A DNA stretch of 64,000 bases from a virus (lineage: Duplodnaviria > Heunggongvirae > Uroviricota > Caudoviricetes): IMG/VR virus record IMGVR_UViG_3300001336_000001, positions 106,836-170,835 of that record; one strand, given 5' to 3'. Shown here in pieces: positions 47,364 to 59,312 of this stretch (within the stretch, counting starts at the first letter, position 1; the number at the start of each line of letters is the position of its first letter). Made by a program: the position numbers and the translations under genes. The notes beneath the pieces are model-generated. The model was given only the letters and a program-made list of their open reading frames with translations. It ran no database searches and had not been told where the DNA came from.

Positions 47364-50300
47364 TTATGGTTGTGTTATATTTATACCTTGCGGATTAACC
47401 CCAGATACTGGTGTGTTATTCTCATTTCTGTAAGAATAACAACCTCTTGGTGGTGTTGTACCTCTAAGTGAGTCTTGTGAACCAACATAATCACCATCAA
47501 CATCAATTTCAAATATACCTTTAAATAATGCATAAACCTCTTGTTGATTATTATCCGTTAAAACATAATCAAAAATTAACGGTTGGTTAGTTTGTGGGGT
47601 TGATGGTGGTGTGAATTGGAATTCATATAGTGGTTCACCATTTGGTGCGTTAATTGTTGACCTATATATTTGATAGTTAGGTACTAGTGTTGTACTACTT
47701 ATTTGTTGTAGTGTTGGGGATGGTGTACCTATTAATGTGATAAATGGTGAACCATCAATTTTAAAATGATAACCAACACCGTGTCCACCCCTAAATCTGA
47801 TAACAATTCTATTTGTGGAACCATTTACCACTGATAATAGTGATGTTACATATAAAGTATCACCATCAATATTTGATGGGAATGGTAGTATAACACTATG
47901 TTCTTTTTGACAACCAAATGAATCAATAATATTAAAGGTATAACTACCAGCGTTGATAGGTCCAATTTCAACTAACCCACTTTGTTGTGATGTTGTAGTT
48001 GTAAATGATGGACCAGAAGTGGTTAATATATCATAAGGTGGTGTACCACCATTAATATTTAAAGTTATAAACCCTGATGTACTATAATAACAACCTGGTT
48101 TTAATAAACTATCACTAGTTATAATTATATCATCTGGTTCCCCAATATTAATATTGGTTGTTGTTAAGTTGCCACCTAAATCTAGTGCTGAAACTAAATA
48201 ATTACCAGATGGTAGGTTTTGTGGTGCTATATTAGTTGATATTACACTATTGATAAAGTTTGTGTTATTTGGGTTTTGTGTTGATAATAATTCCCAAGTA
48301 AATTCATATGGTGGGACCCCACCATTTATTGATATTACACCCGAACCATTACCATTATAACAGTTAGCATCAGTAACATCAACAATTAAATTTAATTGTT
48401 GTGGTTGTGTTATTAAAAATGTTTTTGAACATTGTGTCGATATTGTTGTTGGAGTACCATTTATGTTAGCAGTGAAACCAGTATCTTCTACTGTTACTAA
48501 ATATTCACCCTCTGGTAGCTGATTCGATGAACAACTACCGTAGCAAACCGTTTGTAATGGTGATACTATTGTATCATTAAAAGCGCTATTTGATATACCT
48601 TGTATTGTTATGGTATATGGTGGTACACCATTGTTTATGTTTATTATTACCTGACCACTATTACTTGTGTTAACTGGTGATGGTTGTACATCACAAGTGA
48701 TAGGGGTTATACCGCCAACATTAACTGTCGTTGTTACTAACTCACCACTTGAGTCCGTAACGACTAACGTATAACTACCTGGTAGTAAATTATCCAACAT
48801 AAATTCACCGCCGTCTGGGTCACCACATGGTGAATTGTTTTGGGATGGGCATTCATATTGAATCCCATCATACGTTGGACCAACCCATTTGTATGTGTAT
48901 GGGCCAACACCACCTTCAACTTCAAAAGTTATAGAACCATTACCAAATGAACCAGTGTTATCATCTTGAACATCTGTGATTATAACCTTTAATTCATTTT
49001 CAATAGCTCTAACACATGGTGGGAAATATTTATCTATCATTTTATTTAACGCTGTTTCACCACCGATTAACCCAAAATAAAAGTATAATGATTTTTTAAA
49101 TTGCCAGACAGGTTTACTTGTTATTTGATTATCATCGTAACCCCTAAATTCACGGTAATTAACATCACTATAATTATTTATTGTTGATGACACATATACT
49201 AGTGGTATTTGATTTAATGATTGACTATTAACATATATAAAAGCACCCCTAACGAAAGGGTTTTCGATATCAGCATTTGTTATTAACCCGTCAGCGGGTG
49301 TGCCAACATCGTCCCTCCTGTCTTCATCTAAACCCGTGCCTATCTCACAAAGCCTTTTAATGTTATTCACTTGGTTGCTATTAGTTCTTAACCCGATACA
49401 ACTGACGTTTAATATTAGGTTTTGTGAGGAGCTACTGGTGTACCAACCTGATTCTTCAACTTCATTGGGGTATTCTTGGTCGTCACTATCGTAAAATGAG
49501 GTTTGAATTTCTGGTAAATTTGATGATGTTTCTGTTAAATACTGGTATATTTTAGGTACACCCTGCCAATCACAATCAGTTATAGAACCTAAATTTATTA
49601 TATCAGTAGCAAATAATTTATAACCACTTTTACTTATTGAGGCATAATATAATTCATCATTTTCTTTGTCTTTTTTGATTAACCCCTCTAGTATTTCAAC
49701 ACTTTTGAATGTTGCGGCTACATTGGTATTGTTGGTATATACACTATCGTTCTGAGGTGAGGCATTCGTCCCAGTATCAACTATAAATTTCTTAAAACAC
49801 CTGTTATCTGCTACACCGTTATTGTCGTTATCAGCACCAATTTCTGGGTCATCACAACCATAGTCACAAAAACGTTCTTTACCTGTACCTCTTTTTTTTA
49901 CTTTGTATTTTAAAAGAAATGCATATAATCCTCCGTTTACCCAGTCGTTATAAAAATTAAATCTAACTAAGTTTAATGCGTCAACTAATTGTAGTGTTTG
50001 ACAATTTCTCCATCTTTCATTTGTTTCATCTATAATTTCACCATCATTTGGTAATCCTATATCACCCGCTCTACAATTAATACAATAATCATCATCACTA
50101 CAACCAATTAATATGTATTTAATTGGTGAAATATTTATCCCTGGCACACTATTTACAGCATTGATTATATTGTTTATTAATCTTATTACACCATTTATTG
50201 CACCAATAATAAACGACAATATAGTCAAAATTATACATATGATATTGAATAATGGGTTTGACCTTGTTGATATTTTATTAAATGGGTGTGGTGATTTACC

Positions 50301-51623
50301 TCCTTCATCATTAACTTCTTTAATACCAGTATAGTTCCTATTATTAGGACAAAGTGAATTATTTGGACACCTTCTGTTTATCCTAGCGATATAATTACTA
50401 ACTGAATAAATTTTGTTCCAATAAAAATCAGCAAAACTAGAATCTTTAGTTGTCTCGTCAAAACTATAATCAACATCCGAAACAGTTTCTGGATTATTAG
50501 GTACTAAATATTTAGCCCTAGTTCTAACCCTACCTTCGGAGCCAGTTGAAAACATACCTAATCTAAATCTAACTCTAGCTCTAGTTGGTAAACCTCTATT
50601 AATGTCTTCAGTAGGTACTAGGTTACCAAACTCATCAGTAATAACGTAATCTAAGTTCATTGGTATTTGGTATGCCCAAACACCATTTTCATCTATAACC
50701 ATCCCCCCTTCAACATCAAAACTTTCGATTTCACCAGACCTATTCTTTCTAATCATTTCTACTCGACCTGGACCAGTAGTCATTTCTGACAGTTTACCCA
50801 TTTTAGCTCTAGGTCTACATCTTTTATTGATTGAGTTTTTTTCATTATCACCAAAAACACTGCCCATGAATATAGCGTGTGGAACAACATTAGTTGCTAA
50901 ATCAACATCACTTCTAGTTATACCAACTTGACATTGTTCTATGTCCCCCCAAAATGGTTGAACATTAACACTTATAGGTGACCTTGACTTTAATTGACTT
51001 AATGTAGTTAAATTATTTGATGATTTATATTTACTGGTTGATTCAAATAATTTTTCACCAGCACCTTCTCGTATAAAATCATAAGGATATTGTGATATTA
51101 GACCAATATCAGATATATCAGCATCGACATGCATTTCGTAAGTACCAACTGGGACACCAAAAAACATAAAGTCACCAGCCGTGTTTGTTGTGGTTGTAAA
51201 TTTGTAATATTTACAATAAACTTCTAAAGCAACGTCATTATCTTGAATCTCCCTCTTATTTAAAAATGAACCAATTGGTGTAAAACAATTATTGTTTGTT
51301 TCGTTTTTTTTTGGTAGTAAATTATATCTTAAACCATCTGAATTTTTATCTTGTACTTGTTCATATGGATATAGTCCAAATAATTCTGAATCTTCAATAT
51401 CCAAATCATCGATTGGTATGAATATCGAAACTTTAGCATTTGGCACACCAAATCCGTTATTAACTGTTATACGACCAACAACAACACCATAATCTGAACA
51501 GAATTTTCTGTAGACATCTTCTTGTGTTAATTTTAATGATAAAATTTCAATAAAATCAAACTTTTGTTCTAAATTAACCTTTAAATATGATTCACTATCA
51601 CCTGGTGTTGTTCTAATTCTCAT
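47364..51623 (-). CDS. Large virion protein: N-terminal carboxypeptidase-regulatory-like beta domain, internal hydrophobic helix, C-terminal SprB-like repeats
   Basis: GRITVNNGFGVPNAKVSIF; LFNIICIILTILSFIIGAINGVI; repeats such as VTDANCYNGNGSGVISINGGVPPYEFTW and ITLNINGGTPPYDI. Confidence 0.6.
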   Translation of the reverse strand: MRIRTTPGDSESYLKVNLEQKFDFIEILSLKLTQEDVYRKFCSDYGVVVGRITVNNGFGVPNAKVSIFIPIDDLDIEDSELFGLYPYEQVQDKNSDGLRYNLLPKKNETNNNCFTPIGSFLNKREIQDNDVALEVYCKYYKFTTTTNTAGDFMFFGVPVGTYEMHVDADISDIGLISQYPYDFIREGAGEKLFESTSKYKSSNNLTTLSQLKSRSPISVNVQPFWGDIEQCQVGITRSDVDLATNVVPHAIFMGSVFGDNEKNSINKRCRPRAKMGKLSEMTTGPGRVEMIRKNRSGEIESFDVEGGMVIDENGVWAYQIPMNLDYVITDEFGNLVPTEDINRGLPTRARVRFRLGMFSTGSEGRVRTRAKYLVPNNPETVSDVDYSFDETTKDSSFADFYWNKIYSVSNYIARINRRCPNNSLCPNNRNYTGIKEVNDEGGKSPHPFNKISTRSNPLFNIICIILTILSFIIGAINGVIRLINNIINAVNSVPGINISPIKYILIGCSDDDYCINCRAGDIGLPNDGEIIDETNERWRNCQTLQLVDALNLVRFNFYNDWVNGGLYAFLLKYKVKKRGTGKERFCDYGCDDPEIGADNDNNGVADNRCFKKFIVDTGTNASPQNDSVYTNNTNVAATFKSVEILEGLIKKDKENDELYYASISKSGYKLFATDIINLGSITDCDWQGVPKIYQYLTETSSNLPEIQTSFYDSDDQEYPNEVEESGWYTSSSSQNLILNVSCIGLRTNSNQVNNIKRLCEIGTGLDEDRRDDVGTPADGLITNADIENPFVRGAFIYVNSQSLNQIPLVYVSSTINNYSDVNYREFRGYDDNQITSKPVWQFKKSLYFYFGLIGGETALNKMIDKYFPPCVRAIENELKVIITDVQDDNTGSFGNGSITFEVEGGVGPYTYKWVGPTYDGIQYECPSQNNSPCGDPDGGEFMLDNLLPGSYTLVVTDSSGELVTTTVNVGGITPITCDVQPSPVNTSNSGQVIININNGVPPYTITIQGISNSAFNDTIVSPLQTVCYGSCSSNQLPEGEYLVTVEDTGFTANINGTPTTISTQCSKTFLITQPQQLNLIVDVTDANCYNGNGSGVISINGGVPPYEFTWELLSTQNPNNTNFINSVISTNIAPQNLPSGNYLVSALDLGGNLTTTNINIGEPDDIIITSDSLLKPGCYYSTSGFITLNINGGTPPYDILTTSGPSFTTTTSQQSGLVEIGPINAGSYTFNIIDSFGCQKEHSVILPFPSNIDGDTLYVTSLLSVVNGSTNRIVIRFRGGHGVGYHFKIDGSPFITLIGTPSPTLQQISSTTLVPNYQIYRSTINAPNGEPLYEFQFTPPSTPQTNQPLIFDYVLTDNNQQEVYALFKGIFEIDVDGDYVGSQDSLRGTTPPRGCYSYRNENNTPVSGVNPQGINITQP

Positions 51624-51958
51624 TTTTGTTTTTTTGTATTAACATAATCAAAATCTGTTAGCTCGTATTCTAACTCTTCTTCATTATATTCTTCTTCGGT
51701 CTCATAATCCTCATCCTCTTTAGTTAATGTGTTTTTACCTATCTTAACCAACATACTCATTACATTTATTTTATTATCACCTAAAACAATGGATTTGAAC
51801 ATAATGTATATAGTTGCGGGAATAATAACCGCCAACATTAAAGGTAAAATTAATAAAAAAGTTATAAAATTTAACAAAATGTTAAAATTATTTTTTTTCT
51901 CTTCTAAATTAATTTCTAGGTTAGTATCTAACCCTGAATTTTTACAGTTACAACTCAT
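51620..51958 (-). CDS. Small membrane protein with MSCNCK N-terminus and acidic tail
   Basis: Hydrophobic ILLNFITFLLILPLMLAVIIPATIYIMF segment. Confidence 0.7.
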   Translation of the reverse strand: MSCNCKNSGLDTNLEINLEEKKNNFNILLNFITFLLILPLMLAVIIPATIYIMFKSIVLGDNKINVMSMLVKIGKNTLTKEDEDYETEEEYNEEELEYELTDFDYVNTKKQK

Positions 51959-52001
51959 ATGTTTTTTTAAATAATTTAATGATAATTACCTTAAAAGTAA
52001 A

Positions 52002-53822
52002 TTATTTCAATCTAATTCGAATATCTACTTCTGGTTTTTTAATTTCAAACATAACACCTGGTTGACCAAATAATTTATTTTCACCTAATAAATCTATTTG
52101 TCTAGTTTCTTCATCGATATATGGTTGACTTATTTCATTTAGTGAGTAATCTGACCCACCAACTTTATTATAGACTCTTAACTCTATCACATTTAAAAGG
52201 CCAGCAATTGAATTTATTTGTTCTATCATTCTACCAAGGTATATATCTTGCCCCATTTCCCATTTAGATACATCTAAATAATTTGTTATTGCACTAATTA
52301 CCTCATTAATAACCTCACCTTGAGGTACTTGTTTTTGTGCTAGAATATCAACTTCAAAACCTAAATTAATAATTTTAGCATTACTTACCTCAATATAATC
52401 ATTTATCATTCTATAGTCAGATAAATAAGTTGCTATATTTCTTTGTAACGTTGTGTTTGATTGGTTTGATAATTTATTATTATCATTCAATGACATTGTG
52501 TATATTTTTATTTTATTTTGTTCTTCAACAACATCACACCTAAATGGTGAACCAAACTGACCTGGCATTAGGGCAACTCTAGCTTTATAGTCATTTATTG
52601 TTACAGCCCTATTTTGTGCTGAAAAATTATATCTGACTAAATTTCTTAACTCTTCAATTGAGGCTTCGTCTTTACCACCAATAGCTGGTATTGGATTGTT
52701 AACCCTTATTGAATTTCTGACACTAGTGTTCATTTGTTGTGCTGGCCCATTTATGAATATTTCAGCAGTACCAATCGTATTTATAACATTAGGACCTAGG
52801 TTGCTAGTTACACCACCACCAGTCCTGTATTTAATAAACATAGTTCTACCAGCTGTAGGGGTTACACCTAACGATGTATTGTTTATAAAATCACCAATTT
52901 TACTAACTAAAGTTGAATTAACCCCAAATTCACTTAAAGAGCTAATATCTTGACTTCCACCACCAAATATAATTTTCATAAACCCATTGTCTGTGAATTC
53001 AGTTATAAATCTTTGGTCAACTCTTTTTAATTTACCTGGTTTAACTGATGGGTTGTCACTAACAGCTGAATTATCCGCAATAAATACAATATCATCCGCC
53101 AAAGCGTCAACCTCATACCATCTTAAATCTTCATTTAAAAATTGATTTGTACTGGGTACGCCAACAATGTTGGTACCATCTAAGGTTATGATTGATGATA
53201 TAGATAGAACATCTGTTTCTGGTAACACTATTTCAAAAAATGGTCTAACATCGTTTGGTGTTAAAACACGTTTAAAATATTTCGTAACACCATTTATAAC
53301 CATTTCTCTTTTAGTTAGTGTGTAACTAAGAATATTACCATTATTATCAACATTTGGTTCTATTAATCTATTTGGTATACCACCTACTGTGAATGGGGAT
53401 GAAAAATCAATATCTTCCATAGTTTCAAACACCTTACCTGCACCAGTAACTTGTGAACCTTGTCTTATATTTGGTGCGTATCTAATGTCAAAACTATCAC
53501 CCAATGTTGGTAATACACAAGTAAAATCAACTATTGTTACTGATGGTCTTTTATTAGGTATTTTTAACCCATAAGTCCTAGCTATTGATAATATAGAGCT
53601 TCTTTCTTGCGCAAAATCTAATTGTGTTTCTTGAAACATTCTGTCTGTATGGAATGATAATATATCACCAACAGCAGCGTTTAATTCCAATAACATCATC
53701 CCAACACTACTGTCATTGAAGTCGTTGAAGATGTCTGGATAATACTGTCTAACGAAGTTTATTAAATCAGTTCTAATATCAGCATAGTTTTTTGAATTAT
53801 AAGATATTCCTTTATTTGCCAT
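52002..53822 (-). CDS. Baseplate wedge subunit (T4 gp6/baseplate J-like)
   Basis: SYNSKNYADIRTDLINFV, MLLELNAAVGD, RTMFIKYRTGGG, GGKDEASIEELR..FSAQNRAVTINDY. Confidence 0.85.
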   Translation of the reverse strand: MANKGISYNSKNYADIRTDLINFVRQYYPDIFNDFNDSSVGMMLLELNAAVGDILSFHTDRMFQETQLDFAQERSSILSIARTYGLKIPNKRPSVTIVDFTCVLPTLGDSFDIRYAPNIRQGSQVTGAGKVFETMEDIDFSSPFTVGGIPNRLIEPNVDNNGNILSYTLTKREMVINGVTKYFKRVLTPNDVRPFFEIVLPETDVLSISSIITLDGTNIVGVPSTNQFLNEDLRWYEVDALADDIVFIADNSAVSDNPSVKPGKLKRVDQRFITEFTDNGFMKIIFGGGSQDISSLSEFGVNSTLVSKIGDFINNTSLGVTPTAGRTMFIKYRTGGGVTSNLGPNVINTIGTAEIFINGPAQQMNTSVRNSIRVNNPIPAIGGKDEASIEELRNLVRYNFSAQNRAVTINDYKARVALMPGQFGSPFRCDVVEEQNKIKIYTMSLNDNNKLSNQSNTTLQRNIATYLSDYRMINDYIEVSNAKIINLGFEVDILAQKQVPQGEVINEVISAITNYLDVSKWEMGQDIYLGRMIEQINSIAGLLNVIELRVYNKVGGSDYSLNEISQPYIDEETRQIDLLGENKLFGQPGVMFEIKKPEVDIRIRLK

Positions 53823-53831
53823 TTTATTTCT

Positions 53832-54221
53832 TTATAAGTTTATTATTATAAAATCACTTTCAGTAAATACTTCGTCAGTAATGGTGTATTCAATCCTTAC
53901 AGTAGCTTTATATTCATTATCCATACTAGTTTCAACAATCACATCGTCAACCTTTAGGTTTGGTATGAATTTTTTAACAGTATCTTTTATATCGGTTTTC
54001 ATCTCAGAATGTGTTATTAAATCATTCGGTTCATATAAATACCTCAATAAATTAGTGCCAAAATCTGGGTTGTAAAACCTTTCACCCTTTTTTGTTAATA
54101 TAAGATGCATTAAATCAGCTCTGATTGCATTCGCATCATCCCTATTTAAATCTAAAAAAAACCCCTTATCACTATCACGGAATGGGAAGTTTATATTTAT
54201 ATATCTGTCAGTTTGAGCCAT
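53832..54221 (-). CDS. Baseplate wedge protein gp25-like
   Basis: IRADLMHLILTKKGERFYNPDFGTNLLRYLYEP; TATTTATA at 54236-54243. Confidence 0.9.
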   Translation of the reverse strand: MAQTDRYININFPFRDSDKGFFLDLNRDDANAIRADLMHLILTKKGERFYNPDFGTNLLRYLYEPNDLITHSEMKTDIKDTVKKFIPNLKVDDVIVETSMDNEYKATVRIEYTITDEVFTESDFIIINL

Positions 54222-54272
54222 ATTTTTACTTTTATTATAAATATACAGATTTTAAATTTAAAATAAATAGAT

Positions 54273-54306
54273 AAAAAAAAAGGAGGGGTAAACCCCTCCT
54301 TTTTTT
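54273..54306. terminator. Intrinsic terminator after nrdA
   Basis: AAAAAAAAAGGAGGGGT-AA-ACCCCTCCTTTTTTT. Confidence 0.9.
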
Positions 54307-54320
54307 ATTAATTTTAAATT

Positions 54321-56852
54321 TTAACTACTACAATATTCACAATTGTCTGGATTGTCTAATGAACATGTTAAATTATTCATAGCTTCAATTTCAGCGTCAC
54401 TCATTGCGGTTTCAATTTTTGGTTTTGTTGATTCTTCAACTTTAGGTATTCCAATAAGCGTTGTTTCATCCATACCTAACGATTTTCTAGCTTCTGATTT
54501 AGCATTACTCCTTAAATAATACATACCAGTCTTTAAACCTTTATTCCAACCATAGAATAACGCTTTATTTAATTTAGCAACATTAACATCTCTCATGAAT
54601 AGATTCATTGATTGAGATTGACATATAAACTTACCTCTATCAGCCGCCATATCAATTATGTTGGCAGACTTCATTTCCCAGACAGTTTTATACACTTCTC
54701 TTATATTTTCTGGTATCTCAGTTATCCCTTGAACTGAACCGTTGTTTTTCATAATCTTAATCCTAATTTCATCATTCCATAACCCTAAATCAATTAAATC
54801 TAGAACTAAGTGTTTGTTAACTATAATAAATTCACCAGATAATACGTTTCTCTTATACAAGTTAGATGTATATGGTTCGAAACATTCATTATTACCAAGA
54901 ATTTGAGCGGTTGAGGCTGTTGGCATGGGTGCTAGTAAAAGTGAGTTTTTGACACCATACTTAACAACTTCCTTTCTTAATTTACTCCAATCCCATCTAC
55001 CAGATAATTCTTCAGATTTAACACCCCACATATCGAATTGGAATATACCCTCGGATAATGGTGACCCAATAAACGATGAGTATGCACCAGCAGTGTATTT
55101 AAGGTCTAAACCATCTTCTACTTGTGATTCTTTTTTAAGTTTTTTTAACTCTTCTTTATACTCGTTTTTAGCCATATCTTTCGAAGCTGTCATAGCTGCA
55201 AAATATATAGTTTCGAATATGTCATTGTTTAATTTTTTAGCTAAATCATCTTCAAATGGTAGACCTAACATTGCGAACAAATCAGCTAAACCTTGAACAC
55301 CAATACCTATTGGTCTGTGTTTCATATTTGAATTTCTTGTTTCCTTAGTTGGGTACCAATTAACATCGATAACTCTATTTAAATTAATTGTTGTTTGATA
55401 TGTTACCTCATATAGTTTATCAAAATCAAAACTTCTTAAACTTTTATCTTTAGATTTAGTTTTACCAGAAGGTATTGTAACAAACTTAGGTAACGCTATC
55501 GATGCTAAATTACATACAGCAGTTTCATCTGGAGATGTATATTCTAATATTTCACAGCAGAGATTACTAGATTTTATAGTACCCAAATTCTTTTGGTTTG
55601 ATTTTTTGTTTGCCGCATCTTTATACAAAACATATGGTACACCTGTTTCAATTTGATTTTCTAAGACTTTCATCCAAAGGTCTCTGGCTTTAATTCTTTT
55701 ACCTTTACCCTCGTTTTCATATTGTTCATATAATCTAGTAAATGCTTTATCTTCATCAGAATCATAAGCATCGATTAACCCTGGAACTTCAGCTGGGTCA
55801 AACAATGTCCAGTGTAGGTCATCTTGTACTCTAAGCATAAATAAATCTGGTATCCAAAGAGCTAAAAATAAATCTCTAGCTCTCATTTCTTCTTTACCAT
55901 GATTCTTTTTCAAATCGATAAAGTCATGAATATCAGAGTTCCAAGGTTCTAAGTATACAGCAATAGAACCCTTTCTCTTACCGCCGCCTTGGTCAACATA
56001 TCTAGCTGTTTCGTTAAAAACTTTTAACATTGGTACTATACCATTTGAGTAGCCATTTGTTCCCTTAATATAAGACCCTTTAGCTCTAATTTTATGTATG
56101 TTTAACCCAATACCACCAGCTGATTGTGATATAGCAGCACAGTCTGATAGGGTCTTGTAAATACCTTGGATTGAATCATCATCAATATCAATTAAGAAAC
56201 AAGATGATAATTGAGGTTTCTTAGTCCCAGCGTTGAACAATGTTGGTGTAGCATGAGTAAAATATCCAGTAGACAATAGTTCGTATGTCTTTTGAACTTC
56301 TTTTAGATTGTCACCCCAAATACCAATAGCGACACGCATATACATATGTTGTGGCGTTTCTACTATCTCACCATTAACCTTTAGTAAATAAGCTCTCTCT
56401 AACGTTTTAAATCCAAAATAATCAAAATTAAAATCTCTATCATGTACAATCATACTTTCAATCTTTTCAGAATGTTCTTGTACAACATTATACACTTCAT
56501 CGGATATTAAACTAGCATTCTCACCTGTTTTTTCATTAACATAATGGTATAACTTATTAATCGTTTCTTTAAAACTTTTATTAGTTTCCTTTTTTAATGA
56601 TGTTATAGCTAATCTAGCCGCTAATAATGAATAATCTGGGTGTATTCTAGTTAAAGAGGCTGCTGTTTCCGCAGCTAACCTATCTAACTCTTTAGATGTA
56701 ACACCATCATATAACCCAGCAATGACTTTTTGTGATACTTCTATAGCTTCAACATAATCCCTGTCTAAGTCATATGTTTGTTTCTTGATTCTAGAGGTTA
56801 TTTTGTCAAACCTCACTGGTTCATAGCTACCATTTCTCTTTAATACTCTCAT
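54321..56852 (-). CDS. nrdA: Class Ia ribonucleotide reductase alpha subunit with ATP cone
   Basis: VLKRNG ATP cone, [51 protein letters not shown]. Confidence 0.97.
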   Translation of the reverse strand: MRVLKRNGSYEPVRFDKITSRIKKQTYDLDRDYVEAIEVSQKVIAGLYDGVTSKELDRLAAETAASLTRIHPDYSLLAARLAITSLKKETNKSFKETINKLYHYVNEKTGENASLISDEVYNVVQEHSEKIESMIVHDRDFNFDYFGFKTLERAYLLKVNGEIVETPQHMYMRVAIGIWGDNLKEVQKTYELLSTGYFTHATPTLFNAGTKKPQLSSCFLIDIDDDSIQGIYKTLSDCAAISQSAGGIGLNIHKIRAKGSYIKGTNGYSNGIVPMLKVFNETARYVDQGGGKRKGSIAVYLEPWNSDIHDFIDLKKNHGKEEMRARDLFLALWIPDLFMLRVQDDLHWTLFDPAEVPGLIDAYDSDEDKAFTRLYEQYENEGKGKRIKARDLWMKVLENQIETGVPYVLYKDAANKKSNQKNLGTIKSSNLCCEILEYTSPDETAVCNLASIALPKFVTIPSGKTKSKDKSLRSFDFDKLYEVTYQTTINLNRVIDVNWYPTKETRNSNMKHRPIGIGVQGLADLFAMLGLPFEDDLAKKLNNDIFETIYFAAMTASKDMAKNEYKEELKKLKKESQVEDGLDLKYTAGAYSSFIGSPLSEGIFQFDMWGVKSEELSGRWDWSKLRKEVVKYGVKNSLLLAPMPTASTAQILGNNECFEPYTSNLYKRNVLSGEFIIVNKHLVLDLIDLGLWNDEIRIKIMKNNGSVQGITEIPENIREVYKTVWEMKSANIIDMAADRGKFICQSQSMNLFMRDVNVAKLNKALFYGWNKGLKTGMYYLRSNAKSEARKSLGMDETTLIGIPKVEESTKPKIETAMSDAEIEAMNNLTCSLDNPDNCEYCSS

Positions 56853-56871
56853 TTTTTTTTAAATTTTTTTA

Positions 56872-57846
56872 TTAAAAATCACTATCATCACCATCGAATG
56901 ATAGTTTATTATCTGAACTCGAATTACCTACACCTGATTTTGAATAATCACCAACTCTTTTTTCAAAGAAATTTGTTTTATTCTCAAGAGCAATTGTTGC
57001 CATAAAGTCAAACGGGTTCTTAGTATTAAATATAGGTTCACACTTTAAATCGATTAACAATCTATCAGCAACATATTCCAAATATTCACTCATCAACCTG
57101 GAATTCATACCAATAAGGTCTACAGGTAATGATTCTAAAATAAATTCTTTTTCAATTTCTAGTGCTGAAGATATAATTTCTTTAATTCTTTCTTTGGGTA
57201 CTTTATTAATTAAATGTTCATTATGTAAGTGAACAGCAAAATCACAATGTAACCCCTCATCTCTTGAGATTAATTCATTAGAAAAACTCAATCCAGGCAT
57301 TAACCCCCTTTTCTTCAACCAAAAAATTGAGCAGAATGACCCTGAGAAAAATATACCCTCAACAGCAGCAAATGCAATCAATCTTTCAGCAAAACTTTCT
57401 GAATCAACCCATTTTAATGCCCAGTCAGCTTTCTTTTTTACTGCTGGTATAGTTTCTATTGCATTAAACAAATTATTCTGTTCTTCCTTATCTCTAACAT
57501 ATGTATCAATCAGTAATGAATATGTTTCTGAGTGAATATTTTCCATTGCTATTTGAAATCCGTAAAAAAACTTAGCTTCTGGATATTGTACTTCACTAAC
57601 AAAATTTTCAGCTAAATTCTCATTTACAATACCGTCTGATGCAGCAAAAAATGCTAAAACATTTTTTATAAAATATCTTTCATTATCATTTAATACATCA
57701 TTCCAGTGTGTTAAATCAGATTCTAAATCTATTTCTTCAGCTGTCCAAAAACTAGCTTCAGCTTTTTTGTAGTAATCCCAAATATCATGGTATTTTATTG
57801 GGAATATTACGAATCGATTTGGGTTTTCTTTTAAAATTGTTTCCAT
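56872..57846 (-). CDS. nrdB: Class Ia ribonucleotide reductase beta subunit
   Basis: [51 protein letters not shown]. Confidence 0.97.
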   Translation of the reverse strand: METILKENPNRFVIFPIKYHDIWDYYKKAEASFWTAEEIDLESDLTHWNDVLNDNERYFIKNVLAFFAASDGIVNENLAENFVSEVQYPEAKFFYGFQIAMENIHSETYSLLIDTYVRDKEEQNNLFNAIETIPAVKKKADWALKWVDSESFAERLIAFAAVEGIFFSGSFCSIFWLKKRGLMPGLSFSNELISRDEGLHCDFAVHLHNEHLINKVPKERIKEIISSALEIEKEFILESLPVDLIGMNSRLMSEYLEYVADRLLIDLKCEPIFNTKNPFDFMATIALENKTNFFEKRVGDYSKSGVGNSSSDNKLSFDGDDSDF

Positions 57847-57859
57847 GTTATTTTTTTTA

Positions 57860-59257
57860 TTAAATTGTTTGTTTATTCATACTTTCTCTTCTTTCCTGTG
57901 CCGCCCTTAATGCAGCGTTAACTCGGTCTTGGGTGTTGTTACTAAGTTCCGTGTTGGTTAATTCCTTAACGGTTCTCTGAGACATATCAATCTGAACTGT
58001 AGCATTATCAAATATAATGTCTTCTAAGACCATACCAGAAGCACCAAATCTTGACTTTAGGATAGCCATATTAGCATAACCATTCTCTTTTTGTTCTAAA
58101 GACTTTGCTATAGAAACTAAAAAATGCCCAATTTGTGCTTTCTTAATTGACCCACCCATTTGGTGTCCTTCAACAACATCAGCATTTATTGATGAACGAT
58201 TACCTTGTGTTGCGGTCCAACCAGCTATATCAAGCTCTTCTAACATTGATTCTAATTCACGCATAACACTACCTTGACCCTCATTAACATCATCGAACCT
58301 TCTCGATGGTAAAACACAATCGATATAATCTATAAAAATTATATCTGGTTTAAACCCCTTAGCTATTTGTTTCTTAATCATTTGTTTTATCTTAGGTACG
58401 GTTGTACTATCACTCCTTAATTTAACTAATTTTAATATACCTTTACTATTCTCAAATGGTTTGAATTTCTCTAAAGCCTCATCACGTCTTGGTGACAATT
58501 CGTTAAGTGGTATCTTTGTTGAACATGAGATGTGTTTTCTCTGAATAACTTTAGCTGAATCTTCAAAGAATATTTGCATAACATTATATCCCATTGATTT
58601 AGCAAAATTAGCCATTTTAGTAATCATGGTTGTTTTACCAACACCCCACGCTGCTAATATTATACCTAGTTCTGTTTTTGCTAAACCACCTTCCATTATA
58701 TCATCTAACCCTTCAATACCAGTTGGTATTGGGTTTCTATAATCATCAGTGAGTACATCCTCTAGCTTATGTAGAATATCCATAACCCCGTCCTCTTGTG
58801 AACCATATTCTAAAGCTTTTTTTAAAATCTCTTCACATTTATCATAATCATCGATAGTCCCAGTAGTTATGATTTCATCCATTTGTTTGATGGCTTTCTT
58901 CAATTCTTGTCTTTTGCAGAATTTTAATGATGTTTCTTGGATATAAAAAGAATCATTTAAGTTGGCCTCGTCAATTCTCCTAAGTTGTCCAAAAAGTAAC
59001 CCCCTTTCGACTTCATCAGTTACATTTTCTAACATTCTACTTTTTAAACTCCCTAGGTCTGGAATAGTATCGTGTTTTTCGTGAGCATTTTTTATAGTAG
59101 CAACAATAATCCTAAGATGAGTGTCTTCAAAATAATTAGGGCTAATAATATCTAGAATTGACTCCCCAAATTTTCTATCAAGTAACATTTGTTTTATTAA
59201 TCGATATTGGAAGTCTAACCCTAAATATGCTAAATTATCTTTATTTATTTTACTCAT
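57860..59257 (-). CDS. dnaB: Replicative DNA helicase (DnaB/T4 gp41 family)
   Basis: IPTGIEGLD, Walker [28 protein letters not shown]. Confidence 0.9.
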   Translation of the reverse strand: MSKINKDNLAYLGLDFQYRLIKQMLLDRKFGESILDIISPNYFEDTHLRIIVATIKNAHEKHDTIPDLGSLKSRMLENVTDEVERGLLFGQLRRIDEANLNDSFYIQETSLKFCKRQELKKAIKQMDEIITTGTIDDYDKCEEILKKALEYGSQEDGVMDILHKLEDVLTDDYRNPIPTGIEGLDDIMEGGLAKTELGIILAAWGVGKTTMITKMANFAKSMGYNVMQIFFEDSAKVIQRKHISCSTKIPLNELSPRRDEALEKFKPFENSKGILKLVKLRSDSTTVPKIKQMIKKQIAKGFKPDIIFIDYIDCVLPSRRFDDVNEGQGSVMRELESMLEELDIAGWTATQGNRSSINADVVEGHQMGGSIKKAQIGHFLVSIAKSLEQKENGYANMAILKSRFGASGMVLEDIIFDNATVQIDMSQRTVKELTNTELSNNTQDRVNAALRAAQERRESMNKQTI

Positions 59258-59312
59258 TAATCTTAAAGTTGTATTATTTATAATATTATTTTTTTAACAA
59301 AAAAATGTTAAT

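Noticed and set aside
28322-53822. Giant eukaryotic virus or bacterial chromosome origin
   Set aside because: gp25/gp6 baseplate, gp32-like SSB, gp46/47, bacterial sigma, tmRNA and intrinsic terminators indicate a tailed bacteriophage; no ribosomal or core cellular operons
55080-55180. Charged insertion in NrdA ([20 protein letters not shown]) as an intein or intron
   Set aside because: Only about 25 aa, with no splicing motifs; the frame is continuous
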